DNA from: Acidimicrobiia bacterium
Lineage (GTDB): Bacteria; Actinomycetota; Acidimicrobiia; IMCC26256; PALSA-610
Length of the DNA: 64,000 nt
Direction of reading: 5' to 3'
Assembly (NCBI GenBank): GCA_038213435.1
Contig: JBBQTI010000010.1
Location: 3,930-67,929 of the forward strand
This document shows, piece by piece, positions 1 to 9,283 of this stretch. How positions within the stretch are numbered: the stretch's first letter is position 1; each line of letters opens with the position of its first letter. The notes beneath the pieces are model-generated. The model did no database searches, was not told where the DNA came from, and worked only from the letters and a program-made list of their open reading frames with translations. Both the position numbers and the translations under genes were made by a program.

Positions 1-1
1 C

Positions 2-1159
2 TTCAGCTTCAGCAACCTGGTGTTGTGCAACACGCCGACGGTCCCACCGGGCGGCGCCGCGCCGAGCGGGTTCACGGCGGCGAACACGGTTCTCGCGGTC
101 AGTTGCGCGAACGCGACCCTCGAGTCGCCGTGCCCGGCGCCGGCGACAACGGGTCTGACCGGCTACCCGGTTCCGACCGCGAACTACACGTGCACGCGTT
201 ATGGCATCGGCTACGCGGTCAGCCGTTACATCTCATGGGCCGACTCCACGCAGACCAATAAGCGGCTCGCAGTCGTCGTCGACTGGACCGATCAGGTCGG
301 CCGGCACGAAGTTTCTCAGCAGAGCTCGGTGCGGGCACCCGATCAGGCCGCGATCATCGGCGGAACTCCGCCGAGCGTGACATCCGTGTCGACGGCTCCC
401 ATGACGGTGTGGGTCAATTCCTCGGGCTTCCTGGTCACCTCGACGGGCAGTCCGCAGAGCGTCGGGCTCGTCGCGAACACCTCCGGGCTCCTCGCGACCG
501 ACAAAGTCAGCGCGTACTTCCTCACCGAGGATCCCGTGAGTCATGTGCAGACCACCGCGACGCTCCCGCTCACGTCGGCGAATGGCTCCACGTGGACGGG
601 TTCGATCCCGGGATTCGGAGCGAGCGGTGCGCCGACGTTCCCAACGGCGGGCGGATCTCAATACATCGGGTTCACCGCGATCCGTCAGTCGGACGGCAAG
701 GCGAACTCGCTTCTGAGCGTTCCGGCGATCACCTTCTGTAACAACCCGTCGGCGGCCAACACGGGCGGCACGTGCACGATCGCCGCCGGCGCGCCCTCCA
801 TACCTTCGGTCACCGTGAGCCCGACCGCGGTGCCGCTCAACCCGGACGGCACCCTCTTCGTCACGTCGACGCTCACGATCACGGCGACGACCGCCAACGT
901 CTACACGTCGACGACGGCCTCCGACTCGGTCATCGCGGTGGTCGAGACGCAAGCCGGCGCATCGCAGGTCGTGCTGAAACCGACCTGCTCGTTGACCGGC
1001 ACGCTCACGGCGTGCAACACGTGGAGGCTGACGATCGACAGCACGATGGCTCTGCGGTTCGCCGCGGGTCCTCAGAAGATCGCCGTCATTGCCAACCAGG
1101 TCGCGAGTGCGCCTTATTCGACGGCGTCCGCGCTTTCGGGGACCGTGACCTTCTCATGA
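2..1159 (+). CDS. 5'-partial exported Ser/Thr-rich protein, probable type IV pilus minor-pilin (PilV-like) component
   Basis: The frame is open from nt 2, so the start lies outside the window. Stop TGA 1157-1159 overlaps the ATG of the next pilin gene (ATGA). It has a core '...KRLAVVVDWTDQVGRHEVSQQSSV' followed by a ~230-aa S/T-rich extension. Confidence 0.5.
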   Translation, partial: FSFSNLVLCNTPTVPPGGAAPSGFTAANTVLAVSCANATLESPCPAPATTGLTGYPVPTANYTCTRYGIGYAVSRYISWADSTQTNKRLAVVVDWTDQVGRHEVSQQSSVRAPDQAAIIGGTPPSVTSVSTAPMTVWVNSSGFLVTSTGSPQSVGLVANTSGLLATDKVSAYFLTEDPVSHVQTTATLPLTSANGSTWTGSIPGFGASGAPTFPTAGGSQYIGFTAIRQSDGKANSLLSVPAITFCNNPSAANTGGTCTIAAGAPSIPSVTVSPTAVPLNPDGTLFVTSTLTITATTANVYTSTTASDSVIAVVETQAGASQVVLKPTCSLTGTLTACNTWRLTIDSTMALRFAAGPQKIAVIANQVASAPYSTASALSGTVTFS

Positions 1160-1827
1160 AACGGGTGCTGCGTCGTCGCAACGAACGCGGGATGTCGTTG
1201 GTCGAGCTCCTCGTCGTACTCGCGATGACCTCGATCGTCAGTGCCCTGGTGTACACGGTCCTCATCCACAGCACCCAAGTAGCGGCACGCGCGGACAACA
1301 GCACCAGAGCCGAGAACAACGGCCGCCTCGCGCTGCGGGCGATCTCGCAGGACATGCGAGCGGCCGTTCAGATCCGGACGTCGTCGTCGACGACGGCGTG
1401 TGCGACCGGCTTGACGTACCCGGCTGGTTTCGTATCATGCGTCGGCTTCCTCGTTCCGCACGCGGTCACGGCAAGCGCGACGACCACGACGATCGCGCCC
1501 GGCGCAACGCCGATCGCGTGCCCCTACTCGAACATCACGTACGGCCTGAAGGCCGGCGTCATCCGCGAGGACCGCATCGACTACAACGCCTCGTGTGTCG
1601 CGACCTCGACGACCGCGGGCAAGACGGTTCTCGCCGGTGTCGACAACACGTCGGCTCAGGCCCTGTTCACGTTCTACGACGCCTTCGGCAATCAACTCGG
1701 CGCGAGCAACACGGTCGCCGATTTCCAAAAGGCGGGATCCGTATCGATGCAGGTCTATCTCAAGTATCAGACTGGCGCACCCGACATCTCGCTCATGGCG
1801 ACGGCCGCGCTCCGCAATGACCGATAG
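1156..1827 (+). CDS. prepilin-type N-terminal cleavage/methylation domain protein (PilW-like minor pilin)
   Basis: N-terminus MKRVLRRRNERG|MSLVELLVVLAMTSIVSALV is a class III signal (Gly-1, Glu+5, hydrophobic helix). ATG at 1156 forms an ATGA overlap with the upstream stop. Confidence 0.75.
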   Translation: MKRVLRRRNERGMSLVELLVVLAMTSIVSALVYTVLIHSTQVAARADNSTRAENNGRLALRAISQDMRAAVQIRTSSSTTACATGLTYPAGFVSCVGFLVPHAVTASATTTTIAPGATPIACPYSNITYGLKAGVIREDRIDYNASCVATSTTAGKTVLAGVDNTSAQALFTFYDAFGNQLGASNTVADFQKAGSVSMQVYLKYQTGAPDISLMATAALRNDR

Positions 1828-3145
1828 GGGCACACGCATGCGAATCCGCCCGCGAGATGAAGACGGCAGCATCGTCTTGGTCGTCCTGTCCGCGATGATC
1901 GTGACGATGCTCATCGTTTCGATTCTGGCGACCGTTACCGACAGCCTGAAGTTTTCGCGCCGGTCAGGAGACTCTGCGAACGCGTTACAGCTCGCAGATG
2001 CCGGCGTCAATGACGCGATCCAGACGCTGCCGGCCCAGGTCGGACCGACGTACAACTCCGGTGGGTGCGCGTCACCCTGCGCAGTGAACCTCGGGAGCGC
2101 CGGAAGCTACCAATACACGGCCACACTCGACCCGGCCGCCACGGTTTGGCACATCACGTCGTGGGGCACGGATGCGCACGGACAGATGCGCAAGATTCGA
2201 GCCGACGCCGCGGCCGAGAGCCTCTTCGGTACCGCCTTTTTCATCTACGCCAACGCGAACCTCGGCCAAGGCGTGCTCGACAGCTTCACCGACGGCGCCA
2301 GTCTCCAACGCATGTGCACGAAAAATGGAGTGTTGAGCTCCAACACCGGCGGGACCTGGTTCGGCACCAACGGAAACGGCAACACGAACTGTCAGAACTC
2401 CGCGTACAGCAACGGATGGAACAGCGCGGTCGACGGCTGCGAGCTGTTCTCCGCGGCGACGCCGGCTCCGGCGCTGCCTACTACCGGTTCGGGTCAATGC
2501 CCGGCGTCGCAAACCAAGCTGGTTCCGCACGACTTCACCCCGCCTCAGGTCACGGCGCCCGGCGGCAGCTCCCCCGTCGCGCAGCCCGCGGTCTGTGACG
2601 GCATCCCCGGCCACAGCAGCTTGAAGGCTCAGGCCAACGGCCTGCCCTACTTCTGGACGACCGTCTCGCTCCGACCGCCGTGCCAGGTTGATCCCAGCAA
2701 CGGGCCCGTCTTGATCTACAGCCAGGGCTCGATCGACATCGGCAACGCCAACGGCAATAGCGGCGTCGTCAACCCGCCGCTGCTGAGCTCCCCGCAATGC
2801 TCGTCCGTGACGTACACCTCGTCAAAGGACTACAACAACAACTCGTCGAGCTACTACTGCCCCAGCTGGTCCGCGAACCTGCGTCTCTTCCAGCTCAGCG
2901 GAGTGAGCGGCAACGCGGCGAACATCTATCTGCGCAACCATGTGCAGTTCTGGGGTGTCATCGACGCGCCGAGCGGCTGCACCCAGTGCGGCGCCAACGG
3001 CCCCCAATCCGAAATTTGGGGCGCGATCATCACCCACGACTTCAACGCCAACGCCCAGGTCACCCTTCACTACGACGACTCCCTCGGCAAAATCGGCACG
3101 GGGCGATTCGCGACAACGAACTGGCGCGAGGAACCGCTGCCCTGA
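1817..3145 (+). CDS. PilX-N-like pilus assembly / minor pilin protein
   Basis: N-terminus '...RPRDEDGSIVLVVLSAMIVTMLIVSILATV' resembles a PilX N-terminal domain. It overlaps the upstream stop by 11 nt; an alternative ATG lies at 1838. The C-terminus is large and Gly/Asn/Ser-rich. Confidence 0.6.
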   Translation: MTDRGTRMRIRPRDEDGSIVLVVLSAMIVTMLIVSILATVTDSLKFSRRSGDSANALQLADAGVNDAIQTLPAQVGPTYNSGGCASPCAVNLGSAGSYQYTATLDPAATVWHITSWGTDAHGQMRKIRADAAAESLFGTAFFIYANANLGQGVLDSFTDGASLQRMCTKNGVLSSNTGGTWFGTNGNGNTNCQNSAYSNGWNSAVDGCELFSAATPAPALPTTGSGQCPASQTKLVPHDFTPPQVTAPGGSSPVAQPAVCDGIPGHSSLKAQANGLPYFWTTVSLRPPCQVDPSNGPVLIYSQGSIDIGNANGNSGVVNPPLLSSPQCSSVTYTSSKDYNNNSSSYYCPSWSANLRLFQLSGVSGNAANIYLRNHVQFWGVIDAPSGCTQCGANGPQSEIWGAIITHDFNANAQVTLHYDDSLGKIGTGRFATTNWREEPLP

Positions 3146-3207
3146 AGAACCGCTCCCCCGAAGTACCGCGAGCGCAGAGCCGCGGGCGTGACGCAGCGAG
3201 CGGGTCG

Positions 3208-3771
3208 ATGCTGAGGGGTCCATTGGTGTCGCGAGTCGGTGAGCTCGGTCGTGAATCGAGTGTGACGGCGAGGGCGAGCTGCCCCCGCGTCGGCACCGTC
3301 CCAGGCGATAATCAGAACGTGGAGGAATCGCCCGAGCAAGTCCTGGCTCGGCTCGTCCGATACCGGGACTCGCTGAATCGCCCGCCGCGATCCCCGATCG
3401 GCGGAGGGACGCGAGGGCCGGTTCACGGTCACCGCCAAACGGCGCCGAGCACCTCGGTCGTGGTCTGGGACGACGACCGCGCTGGGCACCAAGCCGTGCC
3501 CGCGTCACCGCGGGTCTGGCGACATGCGCGCGCCCGCGAGTTGGGCACGAGCCTGGGCACGGTACGGGCGACCCTCGTCGGCCATCTGGTCGCGGTGCTC
3601 GCGTGCGCGTTCGCGGTGCTCGCCTTCGAACACGCGAGTTCTTCGGTCGCGGTCGCCGTCGTCGTCGTCGCGATGGCAGCGGGCGTGACCGCCCTGGCGC
3701 GACGCGTCCCACTCGCGGTCTGGTGGACGCTCGGTGTCGTGATCGGTGGTGCGCTCGGACGCTGGTCCTGA
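3208..3771 (+). CDS. hypothetical protein with two C-terminal TM helices
   Basis: ATG at 3208 is in frame with track ORF 2797..3771. The C-terminus 'LVGHLVAVLACAFAVLAF...VAVAVVVVAMAAGVTALA...WWTLGVVIGGAL' is hydrophobic. There is no recognisable family and the start is uncertain. Confidence 0.3.
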   Translation: MLRGPLVSRVGELGRESSVTARASCPRVGTVPGDNQNVEESPEQVLARLVRYRDSLNRPPRSPIGGGTRGPVHGHRQTAPSTSVVVWDDDRAGHQAVPASPRVWRHARARELGTSLGTVRATLVGHLVAVLACAFAVLAFEHASSSVAVAVVVVAMAAGVTALARRVPLAVWWTLGVVIGGALGRWS

Positions 3772-3928
3772 CGCCGGACTCGACCTCCTCGGGCGTGGCG
3801 TCGCTCTTTGCCCGGGAATTTCCGTTTGCCGAGGATCGCGTTTAGCTTCGACCCGACCCGGGGACGCTGTCCGCTCGCTGCTGTGACCGGCGTCGACTCC
3901 CGGCACTCCCCACCGAAGGAGCGCAGAC

Positions 3929-4318
3929 ATGGCCCAGAGTGCCGGACTGCACGAGCCGGAAGACCGGTTGACGCCCGAGACGATCAACCGGCACCGCGCG
4001 CTCGCCTCCATCCAAGAAGAATTGGAAGCGGTCGACTGGTATGCCCAGAGGGTCGACGCCACGACCGACGCGGAGCTTGCGGCTGTGCTCGCACACAACC
4101 GCGACGAAGAGAAGGAGCACGCGGCCATGACGATCGAATGGCTGCGCCGGCATGACGCGGTGCTGGACCGTCACCTCCGGACGTACCTCTTCACGTCCGG
4201 ATCCATCACCGAGCTCGAGACCGAAGAGGAATCGGCAGACGATGCGACGCCCGGGGCGAACAAGCGAGACGCGTCGGGATCACTCGGCATCGGCAGCTTG
4301 AAGGGATCGGCGCGATGA
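3929..4318 (+). CDS. encapsulated ferritin-like cargo protein (EncFtn type) with C-terminal encapsulin targeting peptide
   Basis: RBS GAAGGAG lies 7 nt upstream. Ferritin-like di-iron motifs are present ('EAVDWY', 'EEKEH'). The C-terminal 'SGSLGIGSLKGSAR' matches the family-1 cargo-loading peptide. An ATGA overlap joins it to the shell gene. Confidence 0.85.
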   Translation: MAQSAGLHEPEDRLTPETINRHRALASIQEELEAVDWYAQRVDATTDAELAAVLAHNRDEEKEHAAMTIEWLRRHDAVLDRHLRTYLFTSGSITELETEEESADDATPGANKRDASGSLGIGSLKGSAR

Positions 4319-5115
4319 ACCATCTTCTCCGTTCTTCGGCACCGATCAGCGACTCCGGATGGAGCGAGCTCGACCGTGAGGTTCAGCAACGGCTGCTGCC
4401 CGGGTTGGCGGCGCGCCGGCTCGTCGACTTCTCCGGGCCGCACGGCTGGGAACACTCGGCCGTCGATCTCGGTCGCGTGGCCAACATCGAGGCTCCGGGC
4501 AAGGGACTGCGCGCCGGGCTGCGGCGCATGCTTGCGCTGGTCGAGCTCCGCGCCGACTTCGTCGTTTCCCGATCGGAGCTGCGTGATCTCGACCGGGGTG
4601 CCGTCGATCTCGACCTCGGGGCGGTCGATGCGGCCGCGCGCCAGATCGCGCAGGCCGAGAACATCGCCGTCTTCCACGGTTGGGCGAGTGCCGGGATCGT
4701 CGGGATATCCGACGCCGCGGGGATCCCGCCGATCGCGCCCGGAAAGAAGTTCGCCGACTACCCGAAGTACGTCGCCAAAGCGGTCGAGACGCTGCTCTCG
4801 GCCGGTGTGAGCGGGCCCTACGGTCTGGCGCTCGGGCCGGACGGCTACACCGGCGTCGTCGAGACCACCGAGAACGGCGGGCTGATCGTGTTCGACCACC
4901 TCCGCGAGATCCTGGGCGGTCCGATCGTCTGGGCACCCGGCGTGCGCGGTGCGATCGTGGTGAGCCTGCGCGGCGGCGACTTCCTGTTCGAGTCCGGGCA
5001 GGATCTCTCCCTCGGCTACGACCATCACGACGCGACGAGTGTCCACTTGTACGTGGAGGAGAGCTTCACTTTTCGGGTCGCGACGCCGGAAGCCGCGGTG
5101 GCCCTGAAGCCTTGA
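4315..5115 (+). CDS. family 1 encapsulin nanocompartment shell protein (linocin M18-like, HK97 fold)
   Basis: 266 aa. 'MNHLLRSSAPISDSGWSELDREV...LVELRADFVVSRSEL...NIAVFHGW...GPYGLALGP...PIVWAPGVRGAIVVS' follows the typical encapsulin sequence pattern and length. Confidence 0.9.
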   Translation: MNHLLRSSAPISDSGWSELDREVQQRLLPGLAARRLVDFSGPHGWEHSAVDLGRVANIEAPGKGLRAGLRRMLALVELRADFVVSRSELRDLDRGAVDLDLGAVDAAARQIAQAENIAVFHGWASAGIVGISDAAGIPPIAPGKKFADYPKYVAKAVETLLSAGVSGPYGLALGPDGYTGVVETTENGGLIVFDHLREILGGPIVWAPGVRGAIVVSLRGGDFLFESGQDLSLGYDHHDATSVHLYVEESFTFRVATPEAAVALKP

Positions 5116-5124
5116 AGGCGCCTC

Positions 5125-5405
5125 GTCAGGCCTTCTCGGTGTCCCAGACGAGCACTGCGGGCAGGCCGGCATAGGCGCAGCACGGACACGACAAGGTGCC
5201 CGCCGGACCGGAGAACGCGTGCAAGCTCGCCAACCGCCCGGCCGGGGTCGGCGACGTGGGCGAGAGCGAGCCCGCACACGACGAGATCGAACCGTCCGGC
5301 CGGCCACCCGGCGATGTCGACCAGATCTCCCGTCGATGGCGCGCTCGATCATCTCACCTCGCGAGCGTATTCGTGCGGCGCGCGTTCGTTGTTCGGCGAG
5401 TAATC
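5125..5405 (-). pseudogene. relic of a class I SAM-dependent methyltransferase (frameshifted, both ends missing)
   Basis: The minus strand reads '..GEMIERAIDG' in one frame, then 'DLVDIAGWPAGRFDLVVCGLALAHVADPGRAVGELARVLRSGGHLVVSV' in another. The motif I region is absent. The relic is squeezed between two convergent gene ends. Confidence 0.45.
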
Positions 5406-5408
5406 GGC

Positions 5409-6518
5409 TCAAGGCTCGTGGCCCACGATGCGCAGGTACGCGAGTGGATCGGTCGCGCCTTCGGTGCAGAGGACGAGGATCCGCCGGCCGTGGAGGCCGG
5501 AAGCACCGGCAACCACTGCGGCACTCAGGCCGGCGAGCGCGGCGGCGCCGGTCTCGCCCGCGACGACGCCGATCGTCGCGAGGGCGCGCATTGCCTGCTC
5601 GGCCGCGATGTCGTCGACCGCGACGAACACGTCGACCCCAGCCGAAACCGCGGGCCAGGCGATGATCGAGACCATGCCGCAGTTCAAGCCGGCCATGATC
5701 GAATCGTGCGGTCCCGGCACCGCGACCGGATGTCCGGCGGCAGCCGAGTGCAGCCCGCACGCGGCCGATAGCGGCTCGACCACGACGACCGTGGCTCGCG
5801 ACGCGAAGTGATGCACCGTCGCGGCGGCGAGCGCGCCGACGCCCATCGGTACGACGACGACCTCGGGCGGTGCGGCCGCGAGCTGCTCGTCGGTCTCCGC
5901 GAAGATCGTCGCGTAGCCCTCGATCACGGTGCGTGGAACCTCGGTGTAACCCTCCCACGAGGTGTCCGACACGACGAGCACGTCGTCGGCCTCCCGCGCC
6001 GCGGAGGCGCGCACTGCGTCGTCGTATGTCCCGTCGACGACGGTGACCGATGCGCCTTCGCCCGCGATCGCATCGATGCGCGCCGAGGCGGTCCCGGCCG
6101 GAACGAGAATGCGCGACTCGTAACCGAGGAGTCGGGCCATGTGCGCGACCGCGCGTCCGTGGTTCCCGTCGGTCGCCGCGACCAGCGTGAGCGGTCCGAG
6201 CGGTGCCAGCGCGCGCCGCAGATCGTCGATGTCGAGCCATCGGGGCTCGTGGCCGAGGCGGCCGATCAGCAGCCGATACACCGCCCACGACGCGCCGAGA
6301 ATCTTGAAGGAGGGCAGCCCGAGCCGATGCGACTCGTCCTTCACGGACAACGCCGCCACGTCGAGCTCGGCGGCGAGGCCGGGTGCGTCGACGACGCGGG
6401 TCGGTGCATATCCCGGAAAGCGCCGGTGGAACTGCGCGGACTGTGGGTCGGGGCGTGCCGCGCTCCCGTCGTGCCGGCGGCCGGGATTGACGAGGAGCTC
6501 TGGGGCAGCTGGTCGCAT
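5409..6518 (-). CDS. dpaL: diaminopropionate ammonia-lyase (PLP-dependent)
   Basis: 'FPGYAPTRVV', 'VKDESHRLGLPSFKILGASWA', 'ATDGNHGRAVA' and 'DTSWEGYTEVPRTVIEGYAT' align with the YgeX/DpaL family pattern. Confidence 0.8.
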   Translation of the reverse strand: MRPAAPELLVNPGRRHDGSAARPDPQSAQFHRRFPGYAPTRVVDAPGLAAELDVAALSVKDESHRLGLPSFKILGASWAVYRLLIGRLGHEPRWLDIDDLRRALAPLGPLTLVAATDGNHGRAVAHMARLLGYESRILVPAGTASARIDAIAGEGASVTVVDGTYDDAVRASAAREADDVLVVSDTSWEGYTEVPRTVIEGYATIFAETDEQLAAAPPEVVVVPMGVGALAAATVHHFASRATVVVVEPLSAACGLHSAAAGHPVAVPGPHDSIMAGLNCGMVSIIAWPAVSAGVDVFVAVDDIAAEQAMRALATIGVVAGETGAAALAGLSAAVVAGASGLHGRRILVLCTEGATDPLAYLRIVGHEP

Positions 6519-6713
6519 CGGGGTCGAGCTTGGGGCCGATTTTCACGCGAATGCAACGGATCTCGCGTTGACGTTTTGTTGAAGCGCAGAGGACGCTAGC
6601 TGTAACGGTGTCGTTCATCCCCCACGCTCCGCGTGACCCTACGCTCGAGATGTTGAGTACGCGCCGCGTCCTCGCCATGTCGTCGTGGTCGTCCCCCGTG
6701 TGAGGAGTCCCAG

Positions 6714-7739
6714 ATGGAGTACGCCGAATACCTGCGCCAGCTGCCGAAGGTCGAACTGCACTGTCACGTCGAAGGGACCCTGCGACCCCAAACGGTCGCC
6801 GACCTCGCGCGCAAGCACGACATCGCACTGCCGACGACGGACGTCGCCCGCATCTACGACTACGAGACGATCTACGAGTTCTTGGAGATCTTCAGGCTCG
6901 TCAACTCGACGGTGATCGAGGCGGGCGACTTTGCGCGTGTCGCGTACGAGTCGCTCGAGGACGGCGTGAAGCTGGGCAACCTGAAGTACCGCGAGATGTT
7001 CTTCAACCCGACCTTGCACACGACGCGCGGCGTCGCGATGTCGACGATCATCGACGGGCTGATCGATGGCTGTCGCGCCGCGGAGAACGACTTCGGTGTG
7101 CGCTGTCGGTTGATCGCGGACATCTACCGCCAGGATCCCCCCGAGATGGCGCTGCAGATGACGCAGGAGGTGCTCGCGAACCGGCGCGACGAGGTGATCG
7201 GCTTGGGCATGGATGCGGCCGAGGCGCCGGATCCGCCGGAGCGGTTCTTCGAGAGCTATCGCCTCGCGGGCGAGTCGGGGTTGCACCTGACGAGTCATTC
7301 CGCGGAGGACGGTCCGCCCGCGAACATCTCGACCTGCCTCGACCTGCTCGGCTGCGAGCGGATCGACCACGGCTATCACATTCTCGAAGACGCGGCCGTT
7401 GTCGCGCGCTGTCGCGAGGACGGGATCCATTTCACCTGTTGTCCCACCTCGACCGCCGTCGTCTACGGATGGCCCGATCTGACGACCCACCCCATCAACG
7501 GAATGATGAAGGCCGGTCTGCTCGTCCACCTGAACTCCGACGATCCGACGATGTTCCGCACCGACATCGGCAAGGAATACGTCGACTTCGTCGGCCAGAA
7601 CGAGTATCCACCCGACACCGCGAAGCAACTCGTGCGCAACGGCGTCGACGCGTCGTGGCTCGACGACACGGAGAAAGCCGCGTTGCACCGCGCGTTCGAC
7701 GACGAGATCGCCGCGCTCGACAAGGAGCTCGCCCGGTGA
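6714..7739 (+). CDS. add: adenosine/adenine deaminase family protein
   Basis: 'LPKVELHCHVEGTL', 'HLTSHSAE', 'IDHGYH' and 'LNSDDPTMF' are the metal-binding motifs of the adenosine deaminase superfamily. Confidence 0.85.
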   Translation: MEYAEYLRQLPKVELHCHVEGTLRPQTVADLARKHDIALPTTDVARIYDYETIYEFLEIFRLVNSTVIEAGDFARVAYESLEDGVKLGNLKYREMFFNPTLHTTRGVAMSTIIDGLIDGCRAAENDFGVRCRLIADIYRQDPPEMALQMTQEVLANRRDEVIGLGMDAAEAPDPPERFFESYRLAGESGLHLTSHSAEDGPPANISTCLDLLGCERIDHGYHILEDAAVVARCREDGIHFTCCPTSTAVVYGWPDLTTHPINGMMKAGLLVHLNSDDPTMFRTDIGKEYVDFVGQNEYPPDTAKQLVRNGVDASWLDDTEKAALHRAFDDEIAALDKELAR

Positions 7740-7792
7740 CTCGAGCGGTGACGCGGATGCTGTCGAACACCGATCCCGCGCTTCGGCGCCTC

Positions 7793-9283
7793 TTACTTCG
7801 AGAACGTATAGGTCACGATCGTCTGCGGGGCGATGTGCGCGACCCAGGCGCCCGTATCGGTTCGGGCGGGCGCCGTCGTCGGCGAGAGCTGCATGTCGGC
7901 CGAGGTGGCAACCGCGTCAGCGGCGGTGGACGTCGGTGAGGGCAAGGCAATACCGAACGTCGCCTGGGAGCGACCCTCGTTCCACGCGACGACGGTCCAG
8001 CCGGTGGGTTGCTCGAACGCCATGACGAATGCACCGTTGGGCGCGCCGCGCGCGTCGTGACGGATCGCGCCCGGACGCACGTAGCGGCTGAACTGGCCGA
8101 GCACGTAGAAGCGCTTCGTCGGGAAGATGTTCGTGATGCCATCGGTGGCGGACTTCTCGTCGTAGTACAAGAGTCCGTCGTTGAATCCGTTCGTGTTGAC
8201 GCGTGTCGCGCACCGCGGATCGGCGCGGGGGTCGCAGCCGAGGACCGGCGACAACGCGGTCCACCAGTACCAGGCGCTGTCGTTGGCGATGGTGAGATCG
8301 TCATAGACCTGGTCGGCGAGCCACAAGCCTTGTTTGATCGTGGGATCGTATTGCGCGCCGAAGCTCGTCGCGACGCCGCCCGATCCCTTATAACAGCAGA
8401 TCTCGGTCATCCACGTCGGCTTCGCGAACCGTCGCGCGACGGGAGGGAGGAGCCGGCGCAGTGCGTCGTTGGGGAAGTCGTAGGTGTGATGTGCGATCGC
8501 CGCGAGATATCGGGTGGTACCGGACACGGCGAGCCACCGCGGTGCCTCGTCGGCGAGGATCGCGTCGGCCGTCGTCTCATCGGCAATCACGCTCGCGTTC
8601 GGTGCTTCCCGTGCGAGCGCCTTACCGAGCGCTTGGACGACCAGCGCTCGCTGCGCGACCGGAACCTGCATGCCCTCTTGCCCGCAGTCGCCGAAGTTGT
8701 TGTCGGGCTCGTTCATCGGACTGATGTACTGCAGCCTGATGTGCTCGTGCTCGTCGAGCCGTTTGACGATGGTGGCGAGGTACTGCGCGTACGCGGCTTC
8801 GCTCCCCGGCTTGAGGCTGCCGCCGCACGACTTTCCGTTGGTCGTGAACTGTGGTGGAGCGCTGTTGACGAATCCCGTGAGGATCGGCACGTGCGCGTCG
8901 TTCGCGGCCCGCACGAACGTCAGACCGGCGGTGTCGGCCGGCACCTGTCTGGGTGCGCGAGCCGGCGTTTTCACACCGACACCGCCGCCGCCGATGTTGT
9001 AGCGGTAACCCGACAGCGCGATGCCGTGTGGGGAGAACAGCATGTCGGCGACGCGCTTCTGCACGCTCAGCGGGAAGCGCACGAGATCGTTCGGCCACCA
9101 CGCGCCCGACGCGCCGAACCCGTCGATCGTCTGCGCGGGTGCGGCAACGACCCGCACAACGGTGAGGTTCGCCGGCGTCGCGATCGTGGTAGTCGTCGCC
9201 GGCACGGGCGGCGCGGAATGTCTCGACGCGGAACACGACACGACGAGCGCCGACACGGTGATCATCGAAACGGCTCGCAACAT
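7793..9283 (-). CDS. glycoside hydrolase family 30 lipoprotein
   Basis: The start is chosen at MLRAVSMITVSALVVSC (signal peptide plus lipobox). 'IDGFGASGAWW', 'ISPMNEPD' and 'WMTEICC' are GH30-type motifs. The track ORF extends to 9394, but that extension would bury the signal peptide. Confidence 0.8.
   Translation of the reverse strand: MLRAVSMITVSALVVSCSASRHSAPPVPATTTTIATPANLTVVRVVAAPAQTIDGFGASGAWWPNDLVRFPLSVQKRVADMLFSPHGIALSGYRYNIGGGGVGVKTPARAPRQVPADTAGLTFVRAANDAHVPILTGFVNSAPPQFTTNGKSCGGSLKPGSEAAYAQYLATIVKRLDEHEHIRLQYISPMNEPDNNFGDCGQEGMQVPVAQRALVVQALGKALAREAPNASVIADETTADAILADEAPRWLAVSGTTRYLAAIAHHTYDFPNDALRRLLPPVARRFAKPTWMTEICCYKGSGGVATSFGAQYDPTIKQGLWLADQVYDDLTIANDSAWYWWTALSPVLGCDPRADPRCATRVNTNGFNDGLLYYDEKSATDGITNIFPTKRFYVLGQFSRYVRPGAIRHDARGAPNGAFVMAFEQPTGWTVVAWNEGRSQATFGIALPSPTSTAADAVATSADMQLSPTTAPARTDTGAWVAHIAPQTIVTYTFSK

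Noticed and set aside
5114-5135. GAAGGC-N10-GCCTTC considered as a terminator after the encapsulin gene.
   Set aside because: It has only a 6-bp stem and no U-tract, which is too weak to call.
6519-6713. A possible purine riboswitch upstream of the adenosine deaminase gene.
   Set aside because: I could not find the conserved purine-riboswitch three-way-junction core sequences. Only a short ACGCGA-N12-TCGCGT inverted repeat and a TTGACG hexamer are visible.
4171-6828. An 885-aa minus-strand ORF spanning the encapsulin, the intergenic region and dpaL.
   Set aside because: It is extremely Arg/Pro/Gly/Ala-rich with no domain-like segments. It is antisense or out of frame to genes with clear homology-style motifs. 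This is a typical high-GC shadow ORF.
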